Source: Eledone cirrhosa (Eukaryota). From it: a stretch of DNA of 64,000 nt. The translations under genes and the position numbers were made by a program. A model generated the notes under the pieces. The model worked only from the letters and a program-made list of their open reading frames with translations. It was not told where the DNA came from and did not search any database. Positions within the stretch are counted from its first letter, which is position 1. Each line of letters begins with the position of its first letter. This document shows positions 37,801-52,800 of this stretch, piece after piece. The DNA is taken from NCBI GenBank assembly GCA_964016885.1, contig OZ024744.1, forward strand, positions 6,944,001 to 7,008,000. The letters run 5' to 3'.

Positions 37801-40800
37801 GCAGTAACGGTTATGTCTACTGCAGTATTGCACTGAGGTAGGTGTGGTGCAGCAACGGTTATGTCTACTGCAGTATTGCACTGAGGTAGGTGTGGTGCAG
37901 TACCGGTTATTTCTACTGCAGTATTGCACTGATGTAGGTGTGGTGCAGTAACGGTTATGTCTACTTGAAGTATTGCACTGATGTAGGTGTGGTGCAGTAA
38001 CAGTTATGTCTACTGCAGTATTGCACTGATGTAGGTGTGGTGGAATAACGGTTATGTCTACTGCAGTATTCCACTGAGTTAGGTGTGGTGCAGTAGCGGT
38101 ATGTGTACTGCAGTATTGCACTGATGTAGGTGTGGTGCATTAACGCTTATGTCTACTGCAGTATTGAATTGATTTAGGCGTGGTGCAGTAACGGTTATGT
38201 CTACTGCAGTATTGCACTGATATAGGCGTGGTGCAGTAACGGTTATGTCTACTGCAGTATTGCACTGATGTAGGCGTGGTGCAGTAACGGTTATGTCTAC
38301 TGCAGTATTGCACTGATTAGGTGTGGTGCAGTAACGGTTATTGCTACTGCAGTATTGCACTGATGTAGGTGTGGTGCATTAACGCTTATGTCTACTGCAG
38401 TATTGCACTGAGGTAGGTGTGGTGCAGTAACCGTTATGTCTACTGCAGTATTGCACTGAGGTAGGTGTGGTGCAGTAACGGTTATGTCTATCGCAGTATT
38501 GCACTATTGTAGGTGTGGTGCAGTAACGGTTATGTCTTCTGAAGTATTGCACTGATGTAGGTGTGGTGCTGTAACGGTTATGTCTACTGCAGTATTGCAC
38601 TGAGGTAGGTGTGGTGCTGTAACGGGTATGTCTACTGCAGTATTGCACTGAGGTAATTGTGGTGCAGTACCGGTTATGTCTACTGTAGTATTGCACTGAT
38701 GTAGGTGTGGTGCAGTAACGGTTATTTCTACTGCAGTATTGCACTAAGTTATGTGTGGTGCAGTATCGGTTATCTCTACAGCACTATTGCATTGAGGTAG
38801 GTGAGGTGCAGTAATGGTTATGTCTTCTGAAGTATTGCACTGATGTAGGTGTGGTGCAGTAACGGTTATGTCTACTGCAGTATTGTACTGATGTAGGTGT
38901 GGTGCAGTAACGATTATGTCTACTGCAGTATTGCACTGAGGTAGGCGTGGTGCAGTACCGGTTATGTCTACTGCAGTATTGCACTGATGTAGGTGTGGTG
39001 CAGTAACGGTTATTTCTACTGCAGTATTGCACTAAGTCATGTGTGGTGCAGTATCGGTTATCTCTACAGCACTATTGCATTGAGGTAGGTGAGGTGCAGT
39101 AATGGTTATGTCTACAGCAGTATTGCACTGAGGTAGGTGTGGTGCAGTAACGGTTATGTATACTCCAGTATTGCACTGATGTAGGTGTGGTGCAGTAACG
39201 GTTATGTCTACTGCAGTATTGCACTGATGTAGGTGTGGTGCAGTAACAGTTATTTCTACTGCAGTATTGCACTGATGTATGTGTGGTGCAGTAACGGTAT
39301 TGTCTACTGCAGTATTGCACTGATGTACGTGTGGTGCAGTAACGGTTATGTCTACTGCAGTATTGCACTAAGGAAGGTGTGGTGCAGTAACGGTTATGTC
39401 TACTGCAGTATTGCACTGAGATAGGTGTGGTGCAGTAACGGTTATGTCTACTGCAGTATTGCACTGATGTAGGTGTGGTGCAGTAACGGTTATGTCTCCT
39501 GCACTATTGCACTGAGGTAGGTGTGGTGCAGTAACGGTTATGTCTAATGCAGTATTGCACTGAGGTAGGTGTGGTGCAGTAACGGATATGTCTACTGCAG
39601 TATTGCACTGACGTACGTGTGGTGCAGTAACGGTTATGTCTACTGCAATATTGCACTGATATAGGTGTAGTGCAGTAACGGTTATTTCTACTGCAGTATT
39701 GCACTGAGGTAGGTGTGGTGCAGTAACGGTTATGCCTACTACAATATTGCACTGATGTAGGTGTGGTGCAGTAACGGGTATGTCTCTGCAGTATTACACT
39801 GATGTAAGTGTGGTGCAGTAACGGTTATGTCTACTGCAGTATTGAACTGATGAAGGTGTGGTCTAGTAAGGGTTATGTCTACTGCAGTATTGCACTGATG
39901 TAGGTGTGGTGCAGTAACGGTCATGTCTACAGCAGTATTGCACTGATGTAGGTGTGGTGCAGTAACGGTTATTTCTACTGCAGTATTGCACTGAGGTAAG
40001 TGTGGTGCAGTAACGGTTATGTCTACTGCAGTATTGCACTGAGCTAGGTGTGGTGCAGTAACGGTTATGTCTACTGCAGTATTGCACTGATGAAGGTGTG
40101 GTGCAGTAAAGGTTATTTCTACTGCTGTATTGCACTGAGATAGGTGTGGTGCAGTAACATTTATGTCTACTGCAGTATTGCACTGAGGTAGGTGTGGTGC
40201 AGTAACGGTTATGTCTACTGCAGTATTGCACTGATGTAGGCGTGGTGCAGTAACGATTATGTCTTCTGCAGTATTGCACTGAGACAGGTGTGGTGCAGTA
40301 ACGGTTATGTCTACTGCAGTATTGCACTGAGGTAGGTGTGGTGCAGTAACGGTTATGTCTACTGCAGTATTGCACTGAGGTAGGTGTGGTGCAGCAACGG
40401 TTATTTCTACTGCAGTATTGCACTGATGTAGGTGTGGTGCAGAAACGGTTATGTCTACTTGAAGTATTGCACTGAAGTAGGTGTGGTGCAGTAACAGTTA
40501 TGTCTACTGCAGTATTGCACTGATGTAGGTGTGGTGGAATAACGGTTATGTCTACTGCAGTATTGCACTGAGTTAGGTGTGGTGCAGTAGCGGTATGTCT
40601 ACTGCAGTATTGCACTGATGTAGGTGTGGTGCATTAACGCTTATGTCTACTGCAGTATTGCATTGATGTAGGCGTGGTGCAGTAACGGTTATGTCTACTG
40701 CAGTATTGCACTGATATAGGCGTGGTGCAGTAACGGTTATGTCTACTGCAGTATTGCACTGATGTAGGCGTGGTGCAGTAACGGTTATGTCTACTGCAGT

Positions 40801-43800
40801 ATTGCACTGATTAGGTGTGGTGCAGTAACGGTTATTGCTACTGCAGTATTGCACTGATGTAGGTGTGGTGCATTAACGCTTATGTCTACTGCAGTATTGC
40901 ACTGAGGTAGGTGTGGTGCAGTAACCGTTATGTCTACTGCAGTATTGCACTGAGGTAGGTGTGGTGCAGTAACGGTTATGTCTACCGCAGTATTGCACTA
41001 TTGTAGGTGTGGTGCAGTAACGTTTATGTCTACTGCAATATTGCACTGATATAGGTGTGGTGCAGTAACGGTTATGTCTACTGCAGTATTGCACTGAGAT
41101 AGGTGTGGTGCAGTAACCGTTATGTTTACTGCAGTATTGCACTGATGTAGGTGTGGTGCAGTAACAGTTATGTCTACTGCAGTATTGCACTGAGGTAGGT
41201 GTGGTGCAGTAACGGTTATGTCTACTGCAGTATTGAACTGAGGTAGGTGTGGTGCAGTAACGGTTATTTCTACTGCAGTATTGCACTGATGTAGGTGTGG
41301 TGCAGTAACGGTTATGTCTACTGCAATATTGCACTGATGTAGGTGTGGTGCAGTAACGGTTATGTATACTCCAGTATTGCACTGATGTAGGTGTGGTGCA
41401 GTAACGGGTATGTCTACTGCAGTATTGCACTGATGTAGGTGTGGTGCAGTAACAGTTATTTCTACTGCAGTATTGCACTGATGTATGTGTGGTGCAGTAA
41501 CGGTTATGTCTACTGCAGTATTGCACTGATGTACGTGTGGTGCAGTAACGGTTATGTCTACTGCAGTATTGCACTAAGGAAGGTGTGGTGCAGTAACGGT
41601 TATGTCTACTGCAGTATTGCACTGAGGTAGGTGTCGTGCAGTAACGGTTATGTCTACTGCAGTATTGCACTGAGATAGGTGTGGTGCAGTAACGGTTATG
41701 TCTACTGCAGTATTGCACTGATGTAGGTGTGGTGCAGTAACGGTTATGTCTCCTGCACTATTGCACTGAGGTAGGTGTGGTGCAGTAACGGTTATGTCTA
41801 ATGCAGTATTGCACTGAGGTAGGTGTGGTGCAGTAACGGATATGTCTACTGCAGTATTGCACTGACGTACGTGTGGTGCAGTAACGGTTATGTCTACTGC
41901 AATATTGCACTGATATAGGTGTAGTGCAGTAACGGTTATTTCTACTGCAGTATTGCACTGAGGTAGGTGTGGTGCAGTAACGGTTATGCCTACTACAATA
42001 TTGCACTGATGTAGGTGTGGTGCAGTAACGGGTATGTCTCTGCAGTATTACACTGATGTAAGTGTGGTGCAGTAACGGTTATGTCTACTGCAGTATTGAA
42101 CTGATGAAGGTGTGGTCTAGTAAGGGTTATGTCTACTGCAGTATTGCACTGATGTAGGTGTGGTGCAGTAACGGTCATGTCTACAGCAGTATTGCACTGA
42201 TGTAGGTGTGGTGCAGTAACGGTTATTTCTACTGCAGTATTGCACTGAGGTAAGTGTGGTGCAGTAACGGTTATGTCTACTGCAGTATTGCACTGAGCTA
42301 GGTGTGGTGCAGTAACGGTTATGTCTACTGCAGTATTGCACTGATGAAGGTGTGGTGCAGTAAAGGTTATTTCTACAGCTGTATTGCACTGAGATAGGTG
42401 TGGTGCAGTAACATTTATGTCTACTGCAGTATTGCACTGAGGTAGGTGTGGTGCAGTAACGGTTATGTCTACTGCAGTATTGCACTGATGTAGGCGTGGT
42501 GCAGTAACGATTATGTCTACTGCAGTATTGCACTGATGTAGGCGTGGTGCAGTAACGATTATGTCTACTGCAGTATTGCACTGAGACAGGTGTGGTGCAG
42601 TAACGGTTATGTCTACTGCAGTATTGCACTGAGGTAGGTGTGGTGCAGTAACGGTTATGTCTACTGCAGTATTGCACTGAGGTAGGTGTGGTGCAGCAAC
42701 GGTTATTTCTACTGCAGTATTGCACTGATGTAGGTGTGGTGCAGTAACGGTTATGTCTACTTGAAGTATTGCACTGAAGTAGGTGTGGTGCAGTAACAGT
42801 TATGTCTACTGCAGTATTGCACTGATGTAGGTGTGGTGGAATAACGGTTATGTCTACTGCAGTATTGCACTGAGTTAGGTGTGGTGCAGTAGCGGTATGT
42901 CTACTGCAGTATTGCACTGATGTAGGTGTGGTGCATTAACGCTTATGTCTACTGCAGTATTGCATTGATGTAGGCGTGGTGCAGTAACGGTTATGTCTAC
43001 TGCAGTATTGCACTGATATAGGCGTGGTGCAGTAACGGTTATGTCTACTGCAGTATTGCACTGATGTAGGCGTGGTGCAGTAACGGTTATGTCTACTGCA
43101 GTATTGCACTGATTAGGTGTGGTGCAGTAACGGTTATTGCTACTGCAGTATTGCACTGATGTAGGTGTGGTGCATTAACGCTTATGTCTACTGCAGTATT
43201 GCACTGAGGTAGGTGTGGTGCAGTAACCGTTATGTCTACTGCAGTATTGCACTGAGGTAGGTGTGGTGCAGTAACGGTTATGTCTACCGCAGTATTGCAC
43301 TATTGTAGGTGTGGTGCAGTAACGTTTATGTCTACTGCAATATTGCACTGATATAGGTGTGGTGCAGTAACGGTTATGTCTACTGCAGTATTGCACTGAG
43401 ATAGGTGTGGTGCAGTAACCGTTATGTTTACTGCAGTATTGCACTGATGTAGGTGTGGTGCAGTAACAGTTATGTCTACTGCAGTATTGCACTGAGGTAG
43501 GTGTGGTGCAGTAACGGTTATGTCTACTGCAGTATTGAACTGAGGTAGGTGTGGTGCAGTAACGGTTATTTCTACTGCAGTATTGCACTATTGTAGGTGT
43601 AGTGCAGTAACGGTTATGTCTAATGCAGTATTGCACTGATGTAGGTATGGTGCAGTAACGGTTATGTCTACTGCAATATTGCACTGATGTAGGTGTGGTG
43701 CAGTAACGGTTATGTCTACTGCAATATTGCACTGATGTAGGTGTGGTGCAGTAACGGTTATGTATACTCCAGTATTGCACTGATGTAGGTGTGGTGCAGT

Positions 43801-46800
43801 AACGGGTATGTCTACTGCAGTATTGCACTGATGTAGGTGTGGTGCAGTAACAGTTATTTCTACTGCAGTATTGCACTGATGTATGTGTGGTGCAGTAACG
43901 GTTATGTCTACTGCAGTATTGCACTGATGTACGTGTGGTGCAGTAACGGTTATGTCTACTGCAGTATTGCACTAAGGAAGGTGTGGTGCAGTAACGGTTA
44001 TGTCTACTGCAGTATTGCACTGAGGTAGGTGTCGTGCAGTAACGGTTATGTCTACTGCAGTATTGCACTGAGATAGGTGTGGTGCGGTAACGGTTATGTC
44101 TACTGCAGTATTGCACTGATGTAGGTGTGGTGCAGTAACGGTTATGTCTCCTGCACTATTGCACTGAGGTAGGTGTGGTGCAGTAACGGTTATGTCTAAT
44201 GCAGTATTGCACTGAGGTAGGTGTGGTGCAGTAACGGATATGTCTACTGCAGTATTGCACTGACGTACGTGTGGTGCAGTAACGGTTATGTCTACTGCAA
44301 TATTGCACTGATATAGGTGTAGTGCAGTAACGGTTATTTCTACTGCAGTATTGCACTGAGGTAGGTGTGGTGCAGTAACGGTTATGCCTACTACAATATT
44401 GCACTGATGTAGGTGTGGTGCAGTAACGGGTATGTCTCTGCAGTATTACACTGATGTAAGTGTGGTGCAGTAACGGTTATGTCTACTGCAGTATTGAACT
44501 GATGAAGGTGTGGTCTAGTAAGGGTTATGTCTACTGCAGTATTGCACTGATGTAGGTGTGGTGCAGTAACGGTCATGTCTACAGCAGTATTGCACTGATG
44601 TAGGTGTGGTGCAGTAACGGTTATTTCTACTGCAGTATTGCACTGAGGTAAGTGTGGTGCAGTAACGGTTATGTCTACTGCAGTATTGCACTGAGCTAGG
44701 TGTGGTGCAGTAACGGTTATGTCTACTGCAGTATTGCACTGATGAAGGTGTGGTGCAGTAAAGGTTATTTCTACTGCTGTATTGCACTGAGATAGGTGTG
44801 GTGCAGTAACATTTATGTCTACTGCAGTATTGCACTGAGGTAGGTGTGGTGCAGTAACGGTTATGTCTACTGCAGTATTGCACTGATGTAGGCGTGGTGC
44901 AGTAACGATTATGTCTACTGCAGTAATGCACTGAGACAGGTGTGGTGCAGTAACGGTTATGTCTACTGCAGTATTGCACTGAGGTAGGTGTGGTGCAGTA
45001 ACGGTTATGTCTACTGCAGTATTGCACTGAGGTAGGTGTGGTGCAGCAACGGTTATTTCTACTGCAGTATTGCACTGATGTAGGTGTGGTGCAGTAACGG
45101 TTATGTCTACTTGAAGTATTGCACTGAAGTAGGTGTGGTGCAGTAACAGTTATGTCTACTGCAGTATTGCACTGATGTAGGTGTGGTGGAATAACGGTTA
45201 TGTCTACTGCAGTATTGCACTGAGTTAGGTGTGGTGCAGTAGCGGTATGTCTACTGCAGTATTGCACTGATGTAGGTGTGGTGCATTAACGCTTATGTCT
45301 ACTGCAGTATTGCATTGATGTAGGCGTGGTGCAGTAACGGTTATGTCTACTGCAGTATTGCACTGATATAGGCGTGGTGCAGTAACGGTTATGTCTACTG
45401 CAGTATTGCACTGAGGTAGGTGTGGTGCAGTAACGGTTATGTCTACTGCAGTATTGCACTGATTAGGTGTGGTGCAGTAACGGTTATTGCTACTGCAGTA
45501 TTGCACTGATGTAGGTGTGGTGCATTAACGCTTATGTCTACTGCAGTATTGCACTGAGGTAGGTGTGGTGCAGTAACCGTTATGTCTACTGCAGTATTGC
45601 ACTGAGGTAGGTGTGGTGCAGTAACGGTTATGTCTACCGCAGTATTGCACTATTGTAGGTGTGGTGCAGTAACGTTTATGTCTACTGCAATATTGCACTG
45701 ATATAGGTGTGGTGCAGTAACGGTTATGTCTACTGCAGTATTGCACTGAGATAGGTGTGGTGCAGTAACCGTTATGTTTACTGCAGTATTGCACTGATGT
45801 AGGTGTGGTGCAGTAACAGTTATGTCTACTGCAGTATTGCACTGAGGTAGGTGTGGTGCAGTAACGGTTATGTCTACTGCAGTATTGAACTGAGGTAGGT
45901 GTGGTGCAGTAACGGTTATTTCTACTGCAGTATTGCACTATTGTAGGTGTAGTGCAGTAACGGTTATGTCTACTGCAGTATTGCACTGATGTAGGTGTGG
46001 TGCAGTAACGGTTATGTCTACTGCAATATTGCACTGATGTAGGTGTGGTGCAGTAAAGGTTATGTCTACTGCAGTATTGCACTGATGTAGGTGTGGTGCA
46101 GTAACGGTTATGTCTTCTGAAGTATTGCACTGATGTAGGTGTGGTGCTGTAACGGTTATGTCTACTGCAGTATTGCACTGAGGTTGGTGTGGTGCTGTAA
46201 CGGTTATGTCTACTGCAGTATTGCACTGAGGTAGGTGTGGCGCAGTAACGGCTATGTCCACTGCAGTATTGCACTGATGTAGGTGTGGTGCAGTAACGGT
46301 TATTTCTACTGCATTATTGCACTGATGTAGGTGTGGTGCAGTAACGGTTATTTCTACTGCATTATTGCACTGATGTAGGTGTGGTGCAGTAACGGTTAGG
46401 TCTACTGCAGTATTGCACTGAGGTAGGTGTGGTGCAGTAACGGTTATGTCTACTGTTGTATTGCACTGAGGTATGTGTGGTGCATTAACGGTTATGTCTA
46501 CTGCAGTATTTCACTGATGTAGGTGTGTTGCCGTAATGGTTATGTCTACTGCAGTATTGCACTGAAATATGTGTTGTGCAGTAACGGTTATGTCTACTGC
46601 AGTCTTGCACTGAGATAAATGTGGTGCAGTAACGGTTATGTCTACTGAAGTATTTCACTGATGAAGGTGTGGTGCTGTAACGGTTATGTCTACTGCAGTA
46701 TTGCACTGAAGTAGGTGTGGTGCAGTAACGGTTATGTCTAATGCAGTAATGCACTGAGGTAGGTGTGGTGCAGTAACGGTTATGTCTACTGCAGTATTGC

Positions 46801-49800
46801 ACTGATGTAGGTGTGGTGCAGTAACGGTTATGTCTACTGCAGTATTGCACTGATGAAGGTGTGGTGCAGTAACGGTTATGTCTACTGCAGTATTGCACTG
46901 ATGTATGCGTGGTGCAGTAACGGTCATGTCTACAGCAGTATTGCACTGATGTAGGTGTGGTGCAGTAATGGTTATTTCTACTGCAGTATTGCACTGAGGT
47001 AGGTGTGGTGTAGTGACGGGTATGTCTCTGCAGTATTACACTGATGTAGGTGTGATGCAGTAACGGTTATGTCTACTGCAGTAATGCACTGATGTAGGTG
47101 TGGTGCAGTAACGGTCATGTCTACAGCAGTATTGCACTGATGTAGGTGTAATGCAGTAACGGTTATGTCTACTGCAGTATTGCACTGATGTGTGGTGCAG
47201 TAACGGTTATGTCTACTGCAGTATTGCACTGATGAAGGTGTGGTGCAGTAACGTTTATGTCTATTGCAGTATTGCACTGAGGTAGGTGTGGTGCAGTAAC
47301 GGTTATGTCTACTGCAGTATTGCACTGATGAAGGTGTGGTACAGTAACCGTTATGTCTACTGCAGTATTGCACTGATGTAGGTGTGGTGGAGTAACAGTT
47401 ATGTCTACTGCAGTATTGCACTGAGTTAGGTGTGGTGCAGTAGCGGTATGTCTACTGCAGTATTGCACTGATGTAGGTGTGGTGCATTAACGCTCATGTC
47501 TACTGCAGTATTGCACTGATGTAGGCGTGGTGCAGTAACGGTTATGTCTACTGCAGTATTGTACTGATGTAGGTGTGGTGCAGTAACGATTATGTATACT
47601 GCAGTATTGCACTGAGGTAGGCGTGGTGCAGTACCGGTTATGTCTACTGCAGTATTGCACTGATGTAGGTGTGGTGCAGTAACGGTTATTTCTACTGCAG
47701 TATTGCACTAAGTTATGTGTGGTGCAGTATCGGTTATGTCTACAGCAGTATTGCATTGAGGTAGGTGAGGTGCAGTAATGGTTATGTCTACAGCAGTATT
47801 GCACTGAGGTAGGTGTGGTGCAGTAACGGTTATGTATACTCCAGTATTGCACTGATGTAGGTGTGGTGCAGTAACGGGTATGTCTACTGCAGTATTGCAC
47901 TGATGTAGGTGTGGTGCAGTAACGGTAATGTCCACTGCAGTATTGCACTGATGTAGGTGTGGTGCAGTAACGGTTATTTCTACTGCAGTATTGCACTGAT
48001 GTAGGTGTGGTGGAATAACGGTTGTCTACTGCAGTATTGCACTGAGTTAGGTGTGGTGCAGTAGCGGTATGTCTACTGCAGTATTGCACTGATGTAGGTG
48101 TGGTGCATTAACGCTTATGTCTACGGCAGTATTGCATTGATGTAGGCGTGGTGCAGTAACGGTTATGTCTACTGCAGTATTGCACTGATATAGGCGTGGT
48201 GCAGTAACGGTTATGTCTACTGCAGTATTGCACTGATGTAGGCGTGGTGCAGTAACGGTTATGTCTACTGCAGTATTGCACTGATTAGGTGTGGTGCAGT
48301 AACGGTTATTGCTACTGCAGTATTGCACTGATGTAGGTGTGGTGCATTAACGCTTATGTCTACTGCAGTATTGCACTGAGGTAGGTGTGGTCCAGTAACC
48401 GTTATGTCTACTGCAGTATTGCACTGAGGTAGGTGTGGTGCAGTAACGGTTATGTCTACCGCAGTATTGCACTATTGTAGGTGTGGTGCAGTAACGTTTA
48501 TGTCTACTGCAATATTGCACTGATATAGGTGTGGTGCAGTAACGGTTATGTCTACTGCAGTATTGCACTGAGATAGGTGTGGTGCAGTAACCGTTATGTT
48601 TACTGCAGTATTGCACTGATGTAGGTGTGGTGCAGTAACAGTTATGTCTACTGCAGTATTGCACTGAGGTAGGTGTGGTGCAGTAACGGTTATGTCTACT
48701 GCAGTATTGAACTGAGGTAGGTGTGGTGCAGTAACGGTTATTTCTACTGCAGTATTGCACTATTGTAGGTGTAGTGCAGTAACGGTTATGTCTACTGCAG
48801 TATTGCACTGATGTAGGTGTGGTGCAGTAACGGTTATGTCTACTGCAATATTGCACTGATGTAGGTGTGGTGCAGTGACGGTTATGTCTACTGCAGTATT
48901 GCACTGATGTAGGTGTGGTGCAGTAACGGTTATGTCTTCTGAAGTATTGCACTGATGTAGGTGTGGTGCTGTAACGGTTATGTCTACTGCAGTATTGCAC
49001 TGAGGTAGGTGTGGTGCTGTAACGGGTATGTCTACTGCAGTATTGCACTGAGGTAATTGTGGTGCAGTACCGGTTATGCCTACTGTAGTATTGCACTGAT
49101 GTAGGTGTGGTGCAGTAACGGTTATGTCTACTGCAGTATTGCACTGAGGTAGGTTTGGTGCAGTAACGGTTATGTCTACTGCAGTATTGTACTGATGTAG
49201 GTGTGGTGCAGTAACGATTATGTCTACTGCAGTATTGCACTGAGGTAGGCGTGGTGCAGTACCGGTTATGTCTACTGCAGTATTGCACTGATGTAGGTGT
49301 GGTGCAGTAACGGTTATTTCTACTGCAGTATTGCACTAAGTTATGTGTGGTGCAGTATCGGTTATGTCTACAGCAGTATTGCATTGAGGTAGGTGAGGTG
49401 CAGTAATGGTTATGTCTACAGCAGTATTGCACTGAGGTAGGTGTGGTGCAGTAACGGTTATGTATACTCCAGTATTGCACTGATGTAGGTGTGGTGCAGT
49501 AACGGGTATGTCTACTGCAGTATTGCACTAATGTAGGTGTAGTGCAGTAACAGTTATTTCTACTGCAGTATTGCACTGATGTATGTGTGGTGCAGTAACG
49601 GTTATGTCTACTGCAGTATTGCACTGATGTACGTGTGGTGCAGTAACGGTTATGTCTACTGCAGTATTGCACTGATTAGGTGTGGTGCAGTAACGGTTAT
49701 GTCTACTGCAGTATTGCACTGAGGTAGGTGTCGTGCAGTAACGGTTATGTCTACTGCAGTATTGCACTGAGATAGGTGTGGTGCAGTAACGGTTATGTCT

Positions 49801-52800
49801 ACTGCAGTATTGCACTGATGTAGGTGTGGTGCAGTAACGGTTATGTCTCATGCACTATTGAACTGAGGTAGGTGTGGTGCAGTAACGGTTATGTCTAATG
49901 CAGTATTGCACTGAGGTAGGTGTGGTGCAGTAACGGATATGTCTACTGCAGTATTGCACTGACGTACGTGTGGTGCAGTAACGGTTATGTCTACTGCAAT
50001 ATTGCACTGATATAGATGTAGTGCAGTAACGGTTATTTCTACTGCAGTATTGCACTGAGGTAAGTGTGGTGCAGTAACGGTTATGTCTACTGCAGTATTG
50101 CACTGAGCTAGGTGTGGTGCAGTAACGGTTATGTCTACTGCAGTATTGCACTGATGAAGGTGTGGTGCAGTAAAGGTTATTTCTACTGCTGTATTGCACT
50201 GAGATAGGTGTGGTGCAGTAACATTTATGTCTACTGCAGTATTGCACTGAGGTAGGTGTGGTGCAGTAACGGTTATGTCTACTGCAGTATTGCACTGATG
50301 TAGGCGTGGTGCAGTAAGGATTATGTCTACTGCAGTATTGCACTGAGGCAGGTGTGGTGCAGTAACGGTTATGTCTACTGCAGTATTGCACTGAGGTAGG
50401 TCTGGTGCAGCAACGGTTATGTCTACTGCAGTATTGCACTGAGGTAGGTGTGGTGCAGTACCGGTTATGTCTACTGCAGTATTGCACTGATGTAGGTGTG
50501 GTGCAGTAACGGTTATTTCTACTGCAGTATTGCACTGATGTAGGTGTGGTGCAGTAACGGTTATGTCTACTTGAAGTATTGCACTGATGTAGGTGTGGTG
50601 CAGTAACAGTTATGTCTACTGCAGTATTGCACTGATGTAGGTGTGGTGGAATAACGGTTATGTCTACTGCAGTATTGCACTGAGTTAGGTGTGGTGCAGT
50701 AGCGGTATGTCTACTGCAGTATTGCACTGATGTAGGTGTGGTGCGTTAACGCGTATGTCTACTGCAGTATTGCATTGATGTAGGCGTGGTGCAGTAACGG
50801 TTATGTCTACTGCAGTATTGCACTGATATAGGCGTGGTGCAGTAACGGTTATGTCTACTGCAATATTGCACTGATGTAGGCGTGGTGCAGTAACGGTTAT
50901 GTCTACTGCAGTATTGCACTGATTAGGTGTGGTGCAGTAACGGTTATTGCTACTGCAGTATTGCACTGATGTAGGTGTGGTGCATTAACGCTTATGTCTA
51001 CTGCAGTATTGCACTGAGGTAGGTGTGGTGCAGTAACCGTTATGTCTACTGCAGTATTGCACTGAGGTAGGTGTGGTGCAGTAACGGTTATGTCTACCGC
51101 AGTATTGCACTATTGTAGGTGTGGTGCAGTAACGTTTATGTCTACTGCAATATTGCACTGATATAGGTGTGGTGCAGTAACGGTTATGTCTACTGCAGTA
51201 TTGCACTGAGATAGGTGTGGTGCAGTAACTGTTATGTTTACTGCAGTATTGCACTGATGTAGGTGTGGTGCAGTAACAGTTATGTCTACTGCAGTATTGC
51301 ACTGAGGTAGGTGTGGTGCAGTAACGGTTATGTCTACTGCAGTATTGAACTGAGGTAGGTGTGGTGCAGTAACGGTTATTTCTACTGCAGTATTGCACTA
51401 TTGTAGGTGTAGTGCAGTAACGGTTATGTCTACTGCAGTATTGCACTGATGTAGGTGTGGTGCAGTAACGGTTATGTCTACTGCAATATTGCACTGATGT
51501 AGGTGTGGTGCAGTAAAGGTTATGTCTACTGCAGTATTGCACTGATGTAGGTGTGGTGCAGTAACGGTTATGCCTTCTGAAGTATTGCACTGATGTAGGT
51601 GTGGTGCTGTAACGGTTATGTCTACTGCAGTATTGCACTGAGGTAGGTGTGGTGCTGTAACGGTTATGTCTACTGCAGTATTGCACTGAGGTAGGTGTGG
51701 CGCAGTAACGGCTATGTCCACTGCAGTATTGCACTGATGTAGGTGTGGTGCAGTAACGGTTATTTCTACTGCATTATTGCACTGATGTAGGTGTGGTGCA
51801 GTAACGGTTATTTCTACTGCATTATTGCACTGATGTAGGTGTGGTGCAGTAACGGTTAGGTCTACTGCAGTATTGCACTGAGGTAGGTGTGGTGCAGTAA
51901 CGGTTATGTCTACTGTTGTATTGCACTGAGGTATGTGTGGTGCAGTAACGGTTATGTCTACTGCAGTATTTCACTGATGTAGGTGTGTTGCCGTAATGGT
52001 TATGTCTACTGCAGTATTGCACTGAAATATGTGTTGTGCAGTAACGGTTATGTCTACTGCAGTCTTGCACTGAGATAAATGTGGTGCAGTAACGGTTATG
52101 TCTACTGCAGTATTTCACTGATGAAGGTGTGGTGCTGTAACGGTTATGTCTACTGCAGTATTGCACTGAAGTAGGTGTGGTGCAGTAACGGTTATGTCTA
52201 ATGCAGTAATGCACTGAGGTAGGTGTGGTGCAGTAACGGTTATGTCTACTGCAGTATTGCACTGATGTAGGTGTGGTGCAGTAACGGTTATGTCTACTGC
52301 AGTATTGCACTGATGAAGGTGTGGTGCAGTAACGGTTATGTCTACTGCAGTATTGCACTGATGTATGCGTGGTGCAGTAACGGTCATGTCTACAGCAGTA
52401 TTGCACTGATGTAGGTGTGGTGCAGTAACGGTTATTTCTACTGCAGTATTGCACTGAGGTAGGTGTGGTGTAGTGACGGGTATGTCTCTGCAGTATTACA
52501 CTGATGTAGGTGTGATGCAGTAACGGTTATGTCTACTGCAGTAATGCACTGATGTAGGTGTGGTGCAGTAACGGTCATGCCTAAAGCTGTATTGCACTGA
52601 TGTAGGTGTAATGCAGTAACGGTTATGTCTACTGCAGTATTGCACTGATGTGTGGTGCAGTAACGGTTATGTCTACTACAGTATTGCACTGATGAAGGTG
52701 TGGTGCAGTAACGTTTATGTCTATTGCAGTATTGCACTGAGGTAGGTGTGGTGCAGTAACGGTTATGTCTACTGCAGTATTGCACTGATGAAGGTGTGGT